Source of the DNA: Minisyncoccota bacterium
GTDB lineage: Bacteria; Patescibacteriota; Minisyncoccia; Phycocordibacterales; Phycocordibacteraceae
Direction of reading: 5' to 3'
Length of the DNA: 64,000 nt
Assembly (NCBI GenBank): GCA_022842585.1
Contig: JALHPI010000001.1
Location: forward strand, 2,298-66,297
The notes under the pieces were generated by a model. The model did no database searches and was not told where the DNA came from. It saw only the letters and a program-made list of their open reading frames with translations. The position numbers and the translations under genes were made by a program. Positions 8,863 to 18,679 of this stretch are shown here, piece after piece (position 1 is the first letter of the stretch; every line of letters starts with the position of its first letter).

Positions 8863-11027
8863 CAGAGACCGAGTTGCTTTGCAAGCTGCGCGGCGACGTC
8901 TTTCACTTGCGGATACGCAGCAACCGTTTCGGTAAGCTCGGTGCGTGCTTCAGCAACACGTCCAGCAAACATATACGCTTGTACGAGGATAAACCGCGCC
9001 TGCGGATCTTGCGGTGCGTTTTGTATACGTGCTTTTGCGGATTCAATCAGCTCGGAGAACATTTTCGCTTCGAAATACGCAAAGCGGAGCACGTCGTCAT
9101 CGATTGCGGTTGTGCCGTGCTTTTCCATAAGCAGCGCGCGTCCACCATCCGTATCTCCCGTAATGATGCGTCCGACGGCCGCGTACGTTGCCGTATTCTT
9201 AAATGACGTATCGAGCTCGTACGCAGACTGGAAGAGTGTTGCCGCTCCCGCTTTATCACCCGACTGCCATAGTGCAATACCCTTCTGGATATAGAGATTC
9301 TGCTTTTTGGGAGAGAGCGCGATTGCGGCATCTATTTCCCTAATGAATCCCGCAAAGTCCCCTGCGGAGCGGAGTCCGCCCGCATAGATAAGCCGCGTAC
9401 GCGCATCATTTGGAGCGCGCTGTATCTCTTTCTGCATTTCGGAAAGCGCAAGCGTAAAGGCTGCCTGGCGGATATCCATAGGTACCGTAGGCTGTCCCCC
9501 TATCGTATTTGCATACGCAAGGAGCTGTTCATTGATTTCCTGGGTCGCAAACGAGCCGCGTCCGACTGCCTGCGTATAGCTTGCAAGCGCATTGGTAGGA
9601 TTCTGGGCTTGTTGGGCGGCACGTATGAGGTCTCCGGCCGCTTGCATGCCTGGCGCGTTCACCATCCATACGACTGCAATGGTGGCAACGAGTACCACCG
9701 GAGCAACAACCGTTCCGAGCGTATCCCCTTTTATTTCCGCAAGTTCTTCAAACCGTTTTATCGGACGAGCGCTTGCGTCATGCGCCATAGCAAGTACCGC
9801 AGCGAGCAGTAGGTAGCTGAAGAGGTTATCAAAGGCGGTAACTGATTGAAGCGCATATGCCGCAAGTGCGCCCAAGAGGAGTAGTTTTTGCGCTTTCGGT
9901 ACCGAGCTTCGATAGAGCGCGAACAGGCCGGAACCAAGAAGTCCAATAAAGAGGAGAAATGCGGGGAACCCTCCGGCAATAAGCCAGTCGAGATACATAT
10001 TGTGTGCGCGGTCAAACCACGGCTCTTGTGCATAGAGGGATGGATGGTAGTACTTGTTGAACACATAGTTGTAGCCTTCCTGTCCCCAGCCCGTAATAGG
10101 TCGCTCACCGGCACCCTTGAGTGCCATACCCCAGAGCGTGGAGCGGACCTCGAGCTCGGATGCGTTGAATACGCTTGCAAGACGGGTAAGCGTCGGTTCG
10201 TTCTGTACAAATGCGCTGTCGCGCGCAAGGAAGAACCCGCCGGCGATAAGGACAAGACCTGCAACTACTCCCACCGCTACCTTCCGTCCGTTCCCTTTTG
10301 AAGAAGCAGCCCACAAGAGCGCGACAAGTCCTGCTGCTGCAAAGAGACCAAGCATTACGCCGCGTGTCGCTGAGAAGAAGATGAGTATGACTTGAAGTAC
10401 GGCAAGCGCAATCAGCGAGTACCTGAGCCAGCCTTTCGACTCAATCGCCTGCCATATCGCAACGAACACTGTAAACATCAGGTAGACGGCAAAATAGATT
10501 GCGTTCCCGAAATTAGCATCGAGACGCGCGCCGCCCTGATGTATGGGGAAATTCTGTGCGCACGCATTTCCTGCGCACAATAACTGCAACACGCCATGTC
10601 CTGCGACCAAGACAGATGCGCCAAGTACGGTCATCCACCACCGTTTCCAGAGCTTATCTGCAGACAAGACCGAAGTCGCAACGATAAAGAATACGAAGAC
10701 ATGCACGATGGTAATCCATCCGTCCATGCGCTCGAAGTTGCTCCAGAACGCCTTATGCGCATTCACCGCAAATAGGTTCGCTATGAACATCCACGCGATA
10801 AGTCCCGCATAGAGTCCGAGCGTCCAGGAGAACTTCGGACGATATTTCTTATCCGAGAGCGCTAGTAGGAGCCACGCACCGGCCGCTATCCCAATGAGGA
10901 TTCGGAACAGGAACCCTTTGCTTGTGATGAACGGGAAAAAGGTGTCATTAAATACTACGAGCGGGAGGAACGGAATAGCGAATAATGCCCCCCACGCGAC
11001 CCACTGCGCCATAGATTTCAGTGCCAT
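8862..11027 (-). CDS. O-antigen ligase/Wzy_C family membrane protein with C-terminal TPR-like region
   Basis: Multiple TMs, SATRG, GWGQE..., DRAHN.YLD motifs; helical repeat C-terminus. Confidence 0.85.
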   Translation of the reverse strand: MALKSMAQWVAWGALFAIPFLPLVVFNDTFFPFITSKGFLFRILIGIAAGAWLLLALSDKKYRPKFSWTLGLYAGLIAWMFIANLFAVNAHKAFWSNFERMDGWITIVHVFVFFIVATSVLSADKLWKRWWMTVLGASVLVAGHGVLQLLCAGNACAQNFPIHQGGARLDANFGNAIYFAVYLMFTVFVAIWQAIESKGWLRYSLIALAVLQVILIFFSATRGVMLGLFAAAGLVALLWAASSKGNGRKVAVGVVAGLVLIAGGFFLARDSAFVQNEPTLTRLASVFNASELEVRSTLWGMALKGAGERPITGWGQEGYNYVFNKYYHPSLYAQEPWFDRAHNMYLDWLIAGGFPAFLLFIGLLGSGLFALYRSSVPKAQKLLLLGALAAYALQSVTAFDNLFSYLLLAAVLAMAHDASARPIKRFEELAEIKGDTLGTVVAPVVLVATIAVVWMVNAPGMQAAGDLIRAAQQAQNPTNALASYTQAVGRGSFATQEINEQLLAYANTIGGQPTVPMDIRQAAFTLALSEMQKEIQRAPNDARTRLIYAGGLRSAGDFAGFIREIDAAIALSPKKQNLYIQKGIALWQSGDKAGAATLFQSAYELDTSFKNTATYAAVGRIITGDTDGGRALLMEKHGTTAIDDDVLRFAYFEAKMFSELIESAKARIQNAPQDPQARFILVQAYMFAGRVAEARTELTETVAAYPQVKDVAAQLAKQLGL

Positions 11028-11054
11028 ATAGCAGAGACTATACCATTGGTTCCC

Positions 11055-12665
11055 TTAGGGGAACCCGGCGCACCCCTCTCGTAGGTCGTAGATATATACA
11101 TTCTTGCCAAGTTGGTGGAGCCCGTAGTAAGACGGCATGAGCATACGACCTAGATTGATGTCGATATCGAACACATCGGTCTGACCGTTCCCGAATCGCG
11201 CCACATACGAACACGAGGGTATCTCACGTTCAACCACCACTACCTCAGCGTCTGGTAGCTGTTTGAGCGCTTCCTGGTCAGATTCTTTGGTAACGACAAT
11301 CGGTGTAAAGTCGATATCTTTTTTAATCGATTTCATATGCTGACAGGTGGAACCACAGGACGAGGTGGCAAAGAGTTCGTAGGATGCTTTATTCATCGGA
11401 AGCGTCAGTTCGAAAATAGACTCATCGATGCGTATGGATTGTTCGGCATATTCTTTTTGAATGAAGTCATGGGCGTTGTTGTAGGTCGTCGGAACCGACA
11501 ACAGTATGAGAGTGTAGGCATATATCACACCGCCAATCACAAAAAGAGTGCGCGATACGAGGCGCGCCGGCTCTTTACACGCCACCAGCATGAAAAGAAG
11601 GAAGAACCCGATTGGGGCGATGTGCCGCACATTGAGCGCAAGCCCGTCATCGGAGCGAAATACCACCGAAACTGCAATCATGTAGAGTGCGCCATACAAC
11701 GCTGCGAGAAAGAAGAGGGTTCTGTTGCGTATCCCCGCATACAAGACAGGTATGAGCGCTAGCAAAAGTAAGGGAAACGATTCAATCGCGTGACGGGCAT
11801 TCACCATGAATGACTCGAAAACGGTGAGGGCGGGCTCGACACCCATAGGTGAACCGAGAAGTTGCATCACAAATCCTGATGCTTGCAGAACGATATTTCC
11901 TGCGTTTAGCGCAAAGAATCCTAAGAACACTGCCCCGCCCACCATCACCATGAACGTAAGACGCTTCAAGACTTCCTTCGTGCGCCAAAAGACGAAAAGA
12001 AGTATCGGAATATTGACGAGAAAGAGTCCCGCAAAGAGAAAGTTCGCGCTTGCAAGAAATGCAGTGAGTATGGAGGTGAATGAGAACCACCCTACCTGTC
12101 CCTTTTCTCGCTCTTTCGTTACGGCAAGATAGAGGAACATAAAAGACACCACCATAAGAAGGAGCGAGAGCATCCACATCTTCCCTGAGCGCACGAGAAG
12201 CGTTATGAGTACGCTCCCGAACGTAAGCATGAGGAGTGTGAGTCGCCACTCCATGCTCTGCACGTGTGTTTTGAGAAAGCGATACACTACCACCAAGAGA
12301 ACAATGGAAGTGAGTATGGAGACGATGCGCGGAATCCATAGGCTGAGCGAGGGATTCAATATAAGGAGGGTCTTAAGCGCTTCAGCATCAAACCCAACGG
12401 CGATATAGCCGACAGCAAGCGCACCGAGCATGGCCACATAATTCTGATAGAACGAGAGGGTGCCGTATGCGACCCCGTAGCCGGGCAAAAGCGTATGCGC
12501 CTCAATAGCGCGCAAGACCCCGCCCCCAAACGCCCACACGTCCGTAATGGTATTCACCATCGGGAACGCGTACCACACCCCCACAAAGAAGCTAAGGCCG
12601 AAGAAAGAGACTGCCCAGTCTTCACGGGTCATTCTACGCACAGCCTCACGCATAGCGGTAAACAT
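11055..12665 (-). CDS. Polytopic membrane protein, GT-C glycosyltransferase-like
   Basis: About 12 TMs plus a soluble C-terminal domain; located in the glycan locus. Confidence 0.6.
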   Translation of the reverse strand: MFTAMREAVRRMTREDWAVSFFGLSFFVGVWYAFPMVNTITDVWAFGGGVLRAIEAHTLLPGYGVAYGTLSFYQNYVAMLGALAVGYIAVGFDAEALKTLLILNPSLSLWIPRIVSILTSIVLLVVVYRFLKTHVQSMEWRLTLLMLTFGSVLITLLVRSGKMWMLSLLLMVVSFMFLYLAVTKEREKGQVGWFSFTSILTAFLASANFLFAGLFLVNIPILLFVFWRTKEVLKRLTFMVMVGGAVFLGFFALNAGNIVLQASGFVMQLLGSPMGVEPALTVFESFMVNARHAIESFPLLLLALIPVLYAGIRNRTLFFLAALYGALYMIAVSVVFRSDDGLALNVRHIAPIGFFLLFMLVACKEPARLVSRTLFVIGGVIYAYTLILLSVPTTYNNAHDFIQKEYAEQSIRIDESIFELTLPMNKASYELFATSSCGSTCQHMKSIKKDIDFTPIVVTKESDQEALKQLPDAEVVVVEREIPSCSYVARFGNGQTDVFDIDINLGRMLMPSYYGLHQLGKNVYIYDLREGCAGFP

Positions 12666-12685
12666 ATAAAGGTGTGAATAGTATA

Positions 12686-12763
12686 CGCCCCTTTCCCGAA
12701 GGGATTGGAAGTACTCTTGGGGTGCGCCCCTTCGCCGAAGGCGTTGGAGGTACTCTTGGGGTG
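12686..12763. repeat. Tandem 2 x 39-bp imperfect repeat with internal hairpins
   Basis: cgcccctttcccgaagggattggaagtactcttggggtg / cgccccttcgccgaaggcgttggaggtactcttggggtg. Confidence 0.85.
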
Positions 12764-12793
12764 CCGTGCACGCGGGCGCGCTATACTGCCCCC

Positions 12794-13243
12794 ATGCCCG
12801 ATTATCTCCTCAAGTGGAATGCCCGCATTGAAGCCCTGTTAGGGGCTGGCACCTATCGTCTTCTCCGGTATCTCATTTCCGGCGGGACTGCTGCGGCGAG
12901 CAACGTTCTCTTCCTGTTCCTGCTCGTGCATTTCGCCGTTATCCACTATCTCCTTGCTTCGGTCATCGCCTTTCTCATGTCGGCCGTCGTGTCGTTCACC
13001 ATGCAAAAGTTCTGGACGTTCCAAGATACGGTCATGAAGAATCTGCGTACGCAATTTGGCCGATACCTCATAGCGCTCCTTACTAATCTCTGCGTGAATA
13101 CCCTGCTTATGTATCTCTTCGTCGAGAAGATGGGCATGTGGTATGTGTACGCACAGATACTCACTACCGCCATAGTCGCGGTCATTGGCTACTTCATCTA
13201 TAAATATTTCGTATTCCGCGCGAGGCCCATCGCGTTGCCATGA
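12794..13243 (+). CDS. GtrA family membrane protein
   Basis: LRYLISGG, SF.MQKFWTF, YKYFVF; start chosen at the ATG 6 nt after TATACT. Confidence 0.88.
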   Translation: MPDYLLKWNARIEALLGAGTYRLLRYLISGGTAAASNVLFLFLLVHFAVIHYLLASVIAFLMSAVVSFTMQKFWTFQDTVMKNLRTQFGRYLIALLTNLCVNTLLMYLFVEKMGMWYVYAQILTTAIVAVIGYFIYKYFVFRARPIALP

Positions 13244-14535
13244 TTCAGTTACGCACGTACAAAATCGAGATTGCGCTTTTTATACTTGCGCTTGTCGCGC
13301 ACCTCGCCTGCTTCTGGCTCGTAACAAACGCAAGCGGAAGCATTCTCGACGCGGTGCGCGCCGATGATGGCTTCTATGAGCTTGCGCAGAACATCCGCGC
13401 GGGAAACGGGTTCTCGTGGAGCGCTGAGGCACCGTATCTACCAAATCCACTTCGCACCCCCGGCTATCCCTTCGTGCTTGCTGGACTTATAAGCGTCTTC
13501 GGCGTGGCCGGTGCCGCACTCATCCAAGTCGTTCTCGCTTCCCTTCTGCCGGTGCTCGGGTATATGATTGCGCGCACTATCGCCCGCTCACGTGCTATCG
13601 CTATTGGTACGGGCGTCATACTCGCTCTTGATCCAACCCTCGCACTCCTTTCGTTCCAGTTCTATACCGAGACACTGTTCCTTCTCCTGTTTTTCCTCTG
13701 GATAATCCTGTCCCTCCGCTATTTGGAGAAGCGTGACCTTGTATCGCTTATCGTGGGTGCCGTCTTGCTCGGTACTGCGATACTGGTGCGAGCAAGCGCC
13801 CAGTATCTTCCCCTCCTCTTCGCGCTCTTCATCCTGTGGCAATGGAGGAGCAAAGACGTTAAGCAAGGTGCGCTCCATGCAGGCATCTACGTGCTTATAG
13901 TCGGGGCGATACTCGCGCCCTGGATACTGCGCAATGTAGAGATTTACGAGACCCCTGGTCTCTCCGCGCAAACCCCGTTCGTGCTCTATACAAATCTCGC
14001 ACCCGCGGTGATAAGCGTCGCCGAAGGAAGGGTCTTTGCTGAAGTAGTGGATACCTTTTTAACCGAGGAAGAATTCAAGGGAAATGCCATCACCCTTGCA
14101 AACGGTACCGAGTACACGGCGCAAGCGCTCGATGTCGTGCATACCTATCCTGCCGCTACCCTCGTTGTTGCCGCAAAGTCACTCTTCACTTTCTTCACGA
14201 ATGATGGCGTGTATACCTTGCTGGTGCGCATCGGTCTTAATCCGGACGACTTCTTCTCTACACTCGTCATCGCACGGCTCGTATGGATTGCCATCACGCT
14301 TGCAGCATTCTTAGGTGCGCTTGTATATCTCTATAAAGAGCGCTCGTCGCGCGCCGTATTCCTCATCCTTCTCATCGGCTACTTCGCGCTCACGAGTACT
14401 ATCGCCGCGTTTGGCACCAACCCGCGCTACCGACTTCCCGTTGACCCCATCATCCTCGCGTTTGCGGGACTTGGTGGCATGTATCTTTTTGCGTATGGTA
14501 AAAAGATTCTAAAATTCACACGCCAACAGCCATGA
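13240..14535 (+). CDS. Glycosyltransferase family 39 / ArnT-like (GT-C)
   Basis: DD.FYELA, RTPGYP, TETLF, PWILRN, RYRLP motifs; multiple TMs. Confidence 0.85.
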   Translation: MIQLRTYKIEIALFILALVAHLACFWLVTNASGSILDAVRADDGFYELAQNIRAGNGFSWSAEAPYLPNPLRTPGYPFVLAGLISVFGVAGAALIQVVLASLLPVLGYMIARTIARSRAIAIGTGVILALDPTLALLSFQFYTETLFLLLFFLWIILSLRYLEKRDLVSLIVGAVLLGTAILVRASAQYLPLLFALFILWQWRSKDVKQGALHAGIYVLIVGAILAPWILRNVEIYETPGLSAQTPFVLYTNLAPAVISVAEGRVFAEVVDTFLTEEEFKGNAITLANGTEYTAQALDVVHTYPAATLVVAAKSLFTFFTNDGVYTLLVRIGLNPDDFFSTLVIARLVWIAITLAAFLGALVYLYKERSSRAVFLILLIGYFALTSTIAAFGTNPRYRLPVDPIILAFAGLGGMYLFAYGKKILKFTRQQP

Positions 14536-15179
14536 AATCCTACGGATTACTCCATACCCTGAAAAAGTTGTACGCCGGACAGACCTTGTGCCGCATACGG
14601 ATGAACACCGGGCTTGCCCGAGAAACCATACGCGGCACGGTCGTCGACATCGGCGGAGGCCGTTCGCCCGATTATTTCTCGTATCTGAAATGTGAAGACG
14701 GAACGACCATTGAAGCATCTGACCTCTCGATTAGCCCCATCGACTTCGAGAAAGACGCGCTCCCGTATGCGTCGGGTTCAGTAGACACGGCGCTTATGTG
14801 CAATATCTTGGAACATATCTATCACCATCAGCATCTGCTCGGCGAGGCGCGCCGCATCCTCCGCTCCGATGGAACCCTCATTGGTTTTGTCCCTTTCTGG
14901 GTGGGCTACCACCCAGACCCCCACGACTACTTCCGCTACACGCATGAAGCCCTACAAAAGATGCTCGCCGAGGCAGGGTTTGAGGACGTGAAGATAACGC
15001 GCGTCGGCGGCGGCCCGTTCGCGGCCAATTTCAATACCATCGTCTTGTCGTTCCCGCGTATCCTCCGTCCCCTCCTCTTCATCCCCTATATCGCGCTCGA
15101 CCGTCTATTTTTAGCGTTGCGTCCCGCTTCAGCAGTGCGATTTCCGCTTGGGTATATCTTTACGGCAAAAGCGTCCTAG
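14532..15179 (+). CDS. Class I SAM-dependent methyltransferase
   Basis: VDIGGG, NILEHI, HPDPHDYFRYT. Confidence 0.88.
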   Translation: MKSYGLLHTLKKLYAGQTLCRIRMNTGLARETIRGTVVDIGGGRSPDYFSYLKCEDGTTIEASDLSISPIDFEKDALPYASGSVDTALMCNILEHIYHHQHLLGEARRILRSDGTLIGFVPFWVGYHPDPHDYFRYTHEALQKMLAEAGFEDVKITRVGGGPFAANFNTIVLSFPRILRPLLFIPYIALDRLFLALRPASAVRFPLGYIFTAKAS

Positions 15180-15215
15180 AACACGGGGCGCGTAGGTACT
15201 AAGTCTCATCGTATC

Positions 15216-15244
15216 TTGACATATTATAAATTTATATATATTGT
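15216..15244 (+). promoter_or_regulatory. Sigma70 promoter
   Basis: TTGACA-17 nt-TATTGT upstream of the 15283 ORF. Confidence 0.6.
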
Positions 15245-15282
15245 AATTTACGAAAGCACCTTAGCAACTGGAGGTTACTACC

Positions 15283-15660
15283 ATGGTTAACGCCATTAAG
15301 CTTTCGCTCTACGTCGTGTCCGCAGCGCTCATGCTGTTGATCGCCGTGTTCCTCGGGTACTTCTTTGAATTCCCGATGGAGTGGTTACCGTTCAGCTTCG
15401 CTGCTGTCCTACAAGCTCTAGGCGTCGTCTGCGTGCTAGCAGCGCTCGCAGAGATCTTCGGGGGGAAGGTGCTGGCACAATGGTTCATCGTACGACCATT
15501 GCTCGCATTTTTCTTCGGCTATCTCGCCTACGTGCTGCTGACGGCAACACGACTCCCTCTGGAATATCCTCAAGACCAGACGGCGCAATTCTTCCTCGCG
15601 TTCCTGACGGTCATGCTCTCTCTCGGCGCACTGCACCTGCAGTATCAGCCGAGAAAATGA
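15283..15660 (+). CDS. Hypothetical 4-TM membrane protein
   Basis: Own promoter, GGAGG SD, downstream terminator; four hydrophobic segments. Confidence 0.75.
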   Translation: MVNAIKLSLYVVSAALMLLIAVFLGYFFEFPMEWLPFSFAAVLQALGVVCVLAALAEIFGGKVLAQWFIVRPLLAFFFGYLAYVLLTATRLPLEYPQDQTAQFFLAFLTVMLSLGALHLQYQPRK

Positions 15661-15680
15661 GGGACTGGAGTAGGGGTGAG

Positions 15681-15712
15681 GGGGCGGCTATCGCAAGATA
15701 GCCGCCCCTTTT
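15681..15712 (+). terminator. Intrinsic terminator
   Basis: ggggcggctatc-gcaa-gatagccgcccc-tttt. Confidence 0.85.
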
Positions 15713-15741
15713 CGCACTCTTTAATTTACCGAATTCACGAG

Positions 15742-17490
15742 CTAGAGTTCACGTTCCTGCATCCAGAGTTCGAGTGCGAAAAGCATCCAGAGCTTGTACC
15801 CCAGAGAAGTGTTGCCTCGGTAAAAATCCTCACTGTAGGAGCGCATGACATCTACGTTTAAATATGCGGCAGAGCGCGGGTCTTTCAACATCTCCTGAAG
15901 CTTGCTTCGAATCGGCTCTGCTTTGAGCCACTCTTTTACAGGTGCACCAAATCCCTGTTTCTTTCGGGAGAACACGGTACTCGGAAGCAAATCGCTAAAC
16001 GCCTTTTCCAAAATTATCTTGCCGTGCGTGTGTGAAGTTTTATAGTCGTCCGGAAGATTGAACGCAAACTGCGCGAGCTCGTGATTCAAGAAAGGACTGC
16101 GCACTTCAAGTGAGTGCATCATGGAAGAGCGGTCTACTTTGGTGAGCATGTCGCCGGGAAGTTTCAGATAGTAATCCAAAAGATTCAGCCGCTGGAGCGG
16201 GGTCTCGGCCTCGCTCAAATCTAGGTGCGTCGTGGGGTCGTGCTCGATGGCTCCCTGTTCTTTCCAGAGTCGCTGTCGCTCCCCTACCGAGAACATATTG
16301 AGATGACTGCGCTTAAAGAGCCGGTCGGGCGTATAGCCGAGTGCCTCGGCAATAAGCCTTTTGTGAATCGGCAGGTTCCAATGCGCACGGTAGTGGCCGT
16401 AACCGAAGAAGAGCTCATCACCCCCGTCTCCTGAGAGCGCAACCGTCACTTTCTCACGCGCGAGCTCTGAGATAAGTGCGGTCGGCACATTTGAGGAGTC
16501 GCCAAGCGGCTCGTCATAGTAGCGCGTCACTGCTTCAATCGCTTCAAGCGAAACGGGAATATTGCGCTCATGGTGGTCAGTGCCAAGATGCTCCGCTACT
16601 TCACGCGCATACGGCAATTCGTTTCGGTACTCATCGAATCCCGCTGAGAATGATTTCAACGTATGGGAAGCGTGGCTTCGCGCAAGCGCCGTCACGATAC
16701 TTGAATCGATACCGCCTGAGAGAAATACCCCTACCTCCACGTCCGCAATCATGCGGCTTTTCACTGATGCCGATAGCATCGCGCGCACCTGTGCGGCGGC
16801 GTCTTCGTACGAAAGAGTGACGGGAGAACGCGTGAGCGACCAGTACTTCTCCACCGTTAGCGTTCCGTTTTCAAACACCGCACGATGCGCAGGTGGAAGC
16901 GGCGTCATCCCGCTATATATACTCCGCCAAGGTGGGATGAAGTAGAGCGCGAGATAGTTATCAAGGGACGTACGGTCAAGCTCCGTTTTTACGAGCCCCG
17001 TCGCAATCAGGGCTTTGATTTCTGAACCAAATATAAACACCCCATCCTTTTGGCTATAAAAGAAGGGCTTCTCGCCAAATCGGTCGCGCGCCATAAAGAG
17101 ACGCTTGCGCTTGCTGTCCCAAATCGCAAACGCAAATTGCCCGTCCAAATATTCCGGACACCTGTCGCCGTACTCCTTATACGCTTTCAGAATAACTTCT
17201 GTGTCCGAGCTGGTAGAAAAATGGTGACCCTTTTTCTCTAATTCTCTCCGCAGTTCCTTATAGTTGAATATTTCGCCGTTAAACGTAATGGTAGCGTGTT
17301 CGTCCACCATCGGCTGTGCGCCGGTGGCGAGGTCAATTATCGAAAGACGGGTGTGGCCGAGCACGGCGCCGTCGAGTACCACGTGCGCCTGACTATCGGG
17401 TCCGCGCTTCCCTAGAGTCGGCACTGCTCGGACGAGAGCGCCTTCATGCGCCTGCGCATTTCTCCCCGCTATGCCAATTATCCCGCACAT
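15742..17490 (-). CDS. asnB: Asparagine synthase (glutamine-hydrolysing) family amidotransferase, probably glycan amidation
   Basis: MCGI, RGPD, FNGEIFN, LSGGIDSS, SGDGGDELF.GY, EVRSPFL. Confidence 0.95.
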   Translation of the reverse strand: MCGIIGIAGRNAQAHEGALVRAVPTLGKRGPDSQAHVVLDGAVLGHTRLSIIDLATGAQPMVDEHATITFNGEIFNYKELRRELEKKGHHFSTSSDTEVILKAYKEYGDRCPEYLDGQFAFAIWDSKRKRLFMARDRFGEKPFFYSQKDGVFIFGSEIKALIATGLVKTELDRTSLDNYLALYFIPPWRSIYSGMTPLPPAHRAVFENGTLTVEKYWSLTRSPVTLSYEDAAAQVRAMLSASVKSRMIADVEVGVFLSGGIDSSIVTALARSHASHTLKSFSAGFDEYRNELPYAREVAEHLGTDHHERNIPVSLEAIEAVTRYYDEPLGDSSNVPTALISELAREKVTVALSGDGGDELFFGYGHYRAHWNLPIHKRLIAEALGYTPDRLFKRSHLNMFSVGERQRLWKEQGAIEHDPTTHLDLSEAETPLQRLNLLDYYLKLPGDMLTKVDRSSMMHSLEVRSPFLNHELAQFAFNLPDDYKTSHTHGKIILEKAFSDLLPSTVFSRKKQGFGAPVKEWLKAEPIRSKLQEMLKDPRSAAYLNVDVMRSYSEDFYRGNTSLGYKLWMLFALELWMQEREL

Positions 17491-17511
17491 ACGACGAGTA
17501 TAGCAGTCGCC

Positions 17512-18609
17512 CTATTTTAGAGCGCTCTTTATGGCATCGCTTGCCACTGCCGTAGCTTTCTGCCAGCTGAAACGCTCTGCATACGCGCGTGCGTCCTTTC
17601 CCCACTTCTTCCGTTCCTCTACATTCATACCCGCAACGCGCATAAGCGCATCTCTAAGATGCATCGTAATATCTTCCGTTGGTATCACTATCGTGTGCTC
17701 GCCAAGCTCAGGCGAAAGCTCAGGCACCGGCCCCACATCGGTCAAGATGACGGGAATACCCATCGCAAGCGCTTCAGGTAGTTTTGAAGGAAACCCGTAC
17801 ACCGACTCAAGCGCACTCGTGCGTGGGATAACAATCGTAGAAACCTTGAGCATCTCCTGCTTCGCTTCCTCATGCGAGACATTCCGAACAATAGTCGTGA
17901 CTGAAGAAAGATTGAGCGCCTCTATGCGTGCGCGCACCTTCGTATCGTCCCCTGTAAGCACAAGATGAAGACGGGCATCGAGTCCGCGCTCGCGCACCGC
18001 TGCCGTCGCTTCTACCAGATGTATCAGTCCTTGGTAGGCGTCGGTGTTCCCTGCGTATCCGGCGATAAGCGGAGGCACTACTTTGGGTTCCTCGACATAC
18101 GGCACGGTCTCAAGATCGATTCCGGGAAATATGATTTTCACATTCTTCGTAAACGGATAGAGGTTCGCGGTTCGTTTCGTGAAAGCGATAACCGAATCAA
18201 ACAACGGCAAGAGGAGGAGTGATTTGTACTTCCATACATAGTACTGGAAGCGATTAATATGCCCCATCGCGTACTTTTCTATGTATTCCACTCCCTGCAG
18301 TTCAACGACGATAGGGACGTTGCGTAAAAACTTAAGCAGTACCGGCCCCACGAGTCCGGTCTGCCCAATCGTGAATATGACATCGGGACGGTGCTCGTCC
18401 GTAATACGAAGCAGTGCGCGCAACTTACTAAGCCCTCCTCCGCGCGGGTACTGCACAAACACATCCTTTAAATCGTCTGGTACCGACGCTGCGCATACGG
18501 TCATAGCATATTCGCGCCGCAATTCCTGCAATAATCGCGCGACATGAATGGGCGTGCCTCGCTTGGGATTTGCAAGCTCAATATCACAGAGGAAGAGTAC
18601 GTTACTCAT
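17512..18609 (-). CDS. Glycosyltransferase family 4
   Basis: GFPSKLPEALAMGIPVI; FSW near the C-terminus. Confidence 0.88.
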   Translation of the reverse strand: MSNVLFLCDIELANPKRGTPIHVARLLQELRREYAMTVCAASVPDDLKDVFVQYPRGGGLSKLRALLRITDEHRPDVIFTIGQTGLVGPVLLKFLRNVPIVVELQGVEYIEKYAMGHINRFQYYVWKYKSLLLLPLFDSVIAFTKRTANLYPFTKNVKIIFPGIDLETVPYVEEPKVVPPLIAGYAGNTDAYQGLIHLVEATAAVRERGLDARLHLVLTGDDTKVRARIEALNLSSVTTIVRNVSHEEAKQEMLKVSTIVIPRTSALESVYGFPSKLPEALAMGIPVILTDVGPVPELSPELGEHTIVIPTEDITMHLRDALMRVAGMNVEERKKWGKDARAYAERFSWQKATAVASDAIKSALK

Positions 18610-18679
18610 ATAGGGAACCAACTATACCTTTTCTTTACGTCGTCTGTCCGATTGCACTTCGAGGCAGTAGCGGTGATGC

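Noticed and set aside
12686-12763. CRISPR array
   Set aside because: Only two abutting units with no spacer, and no cas genes.
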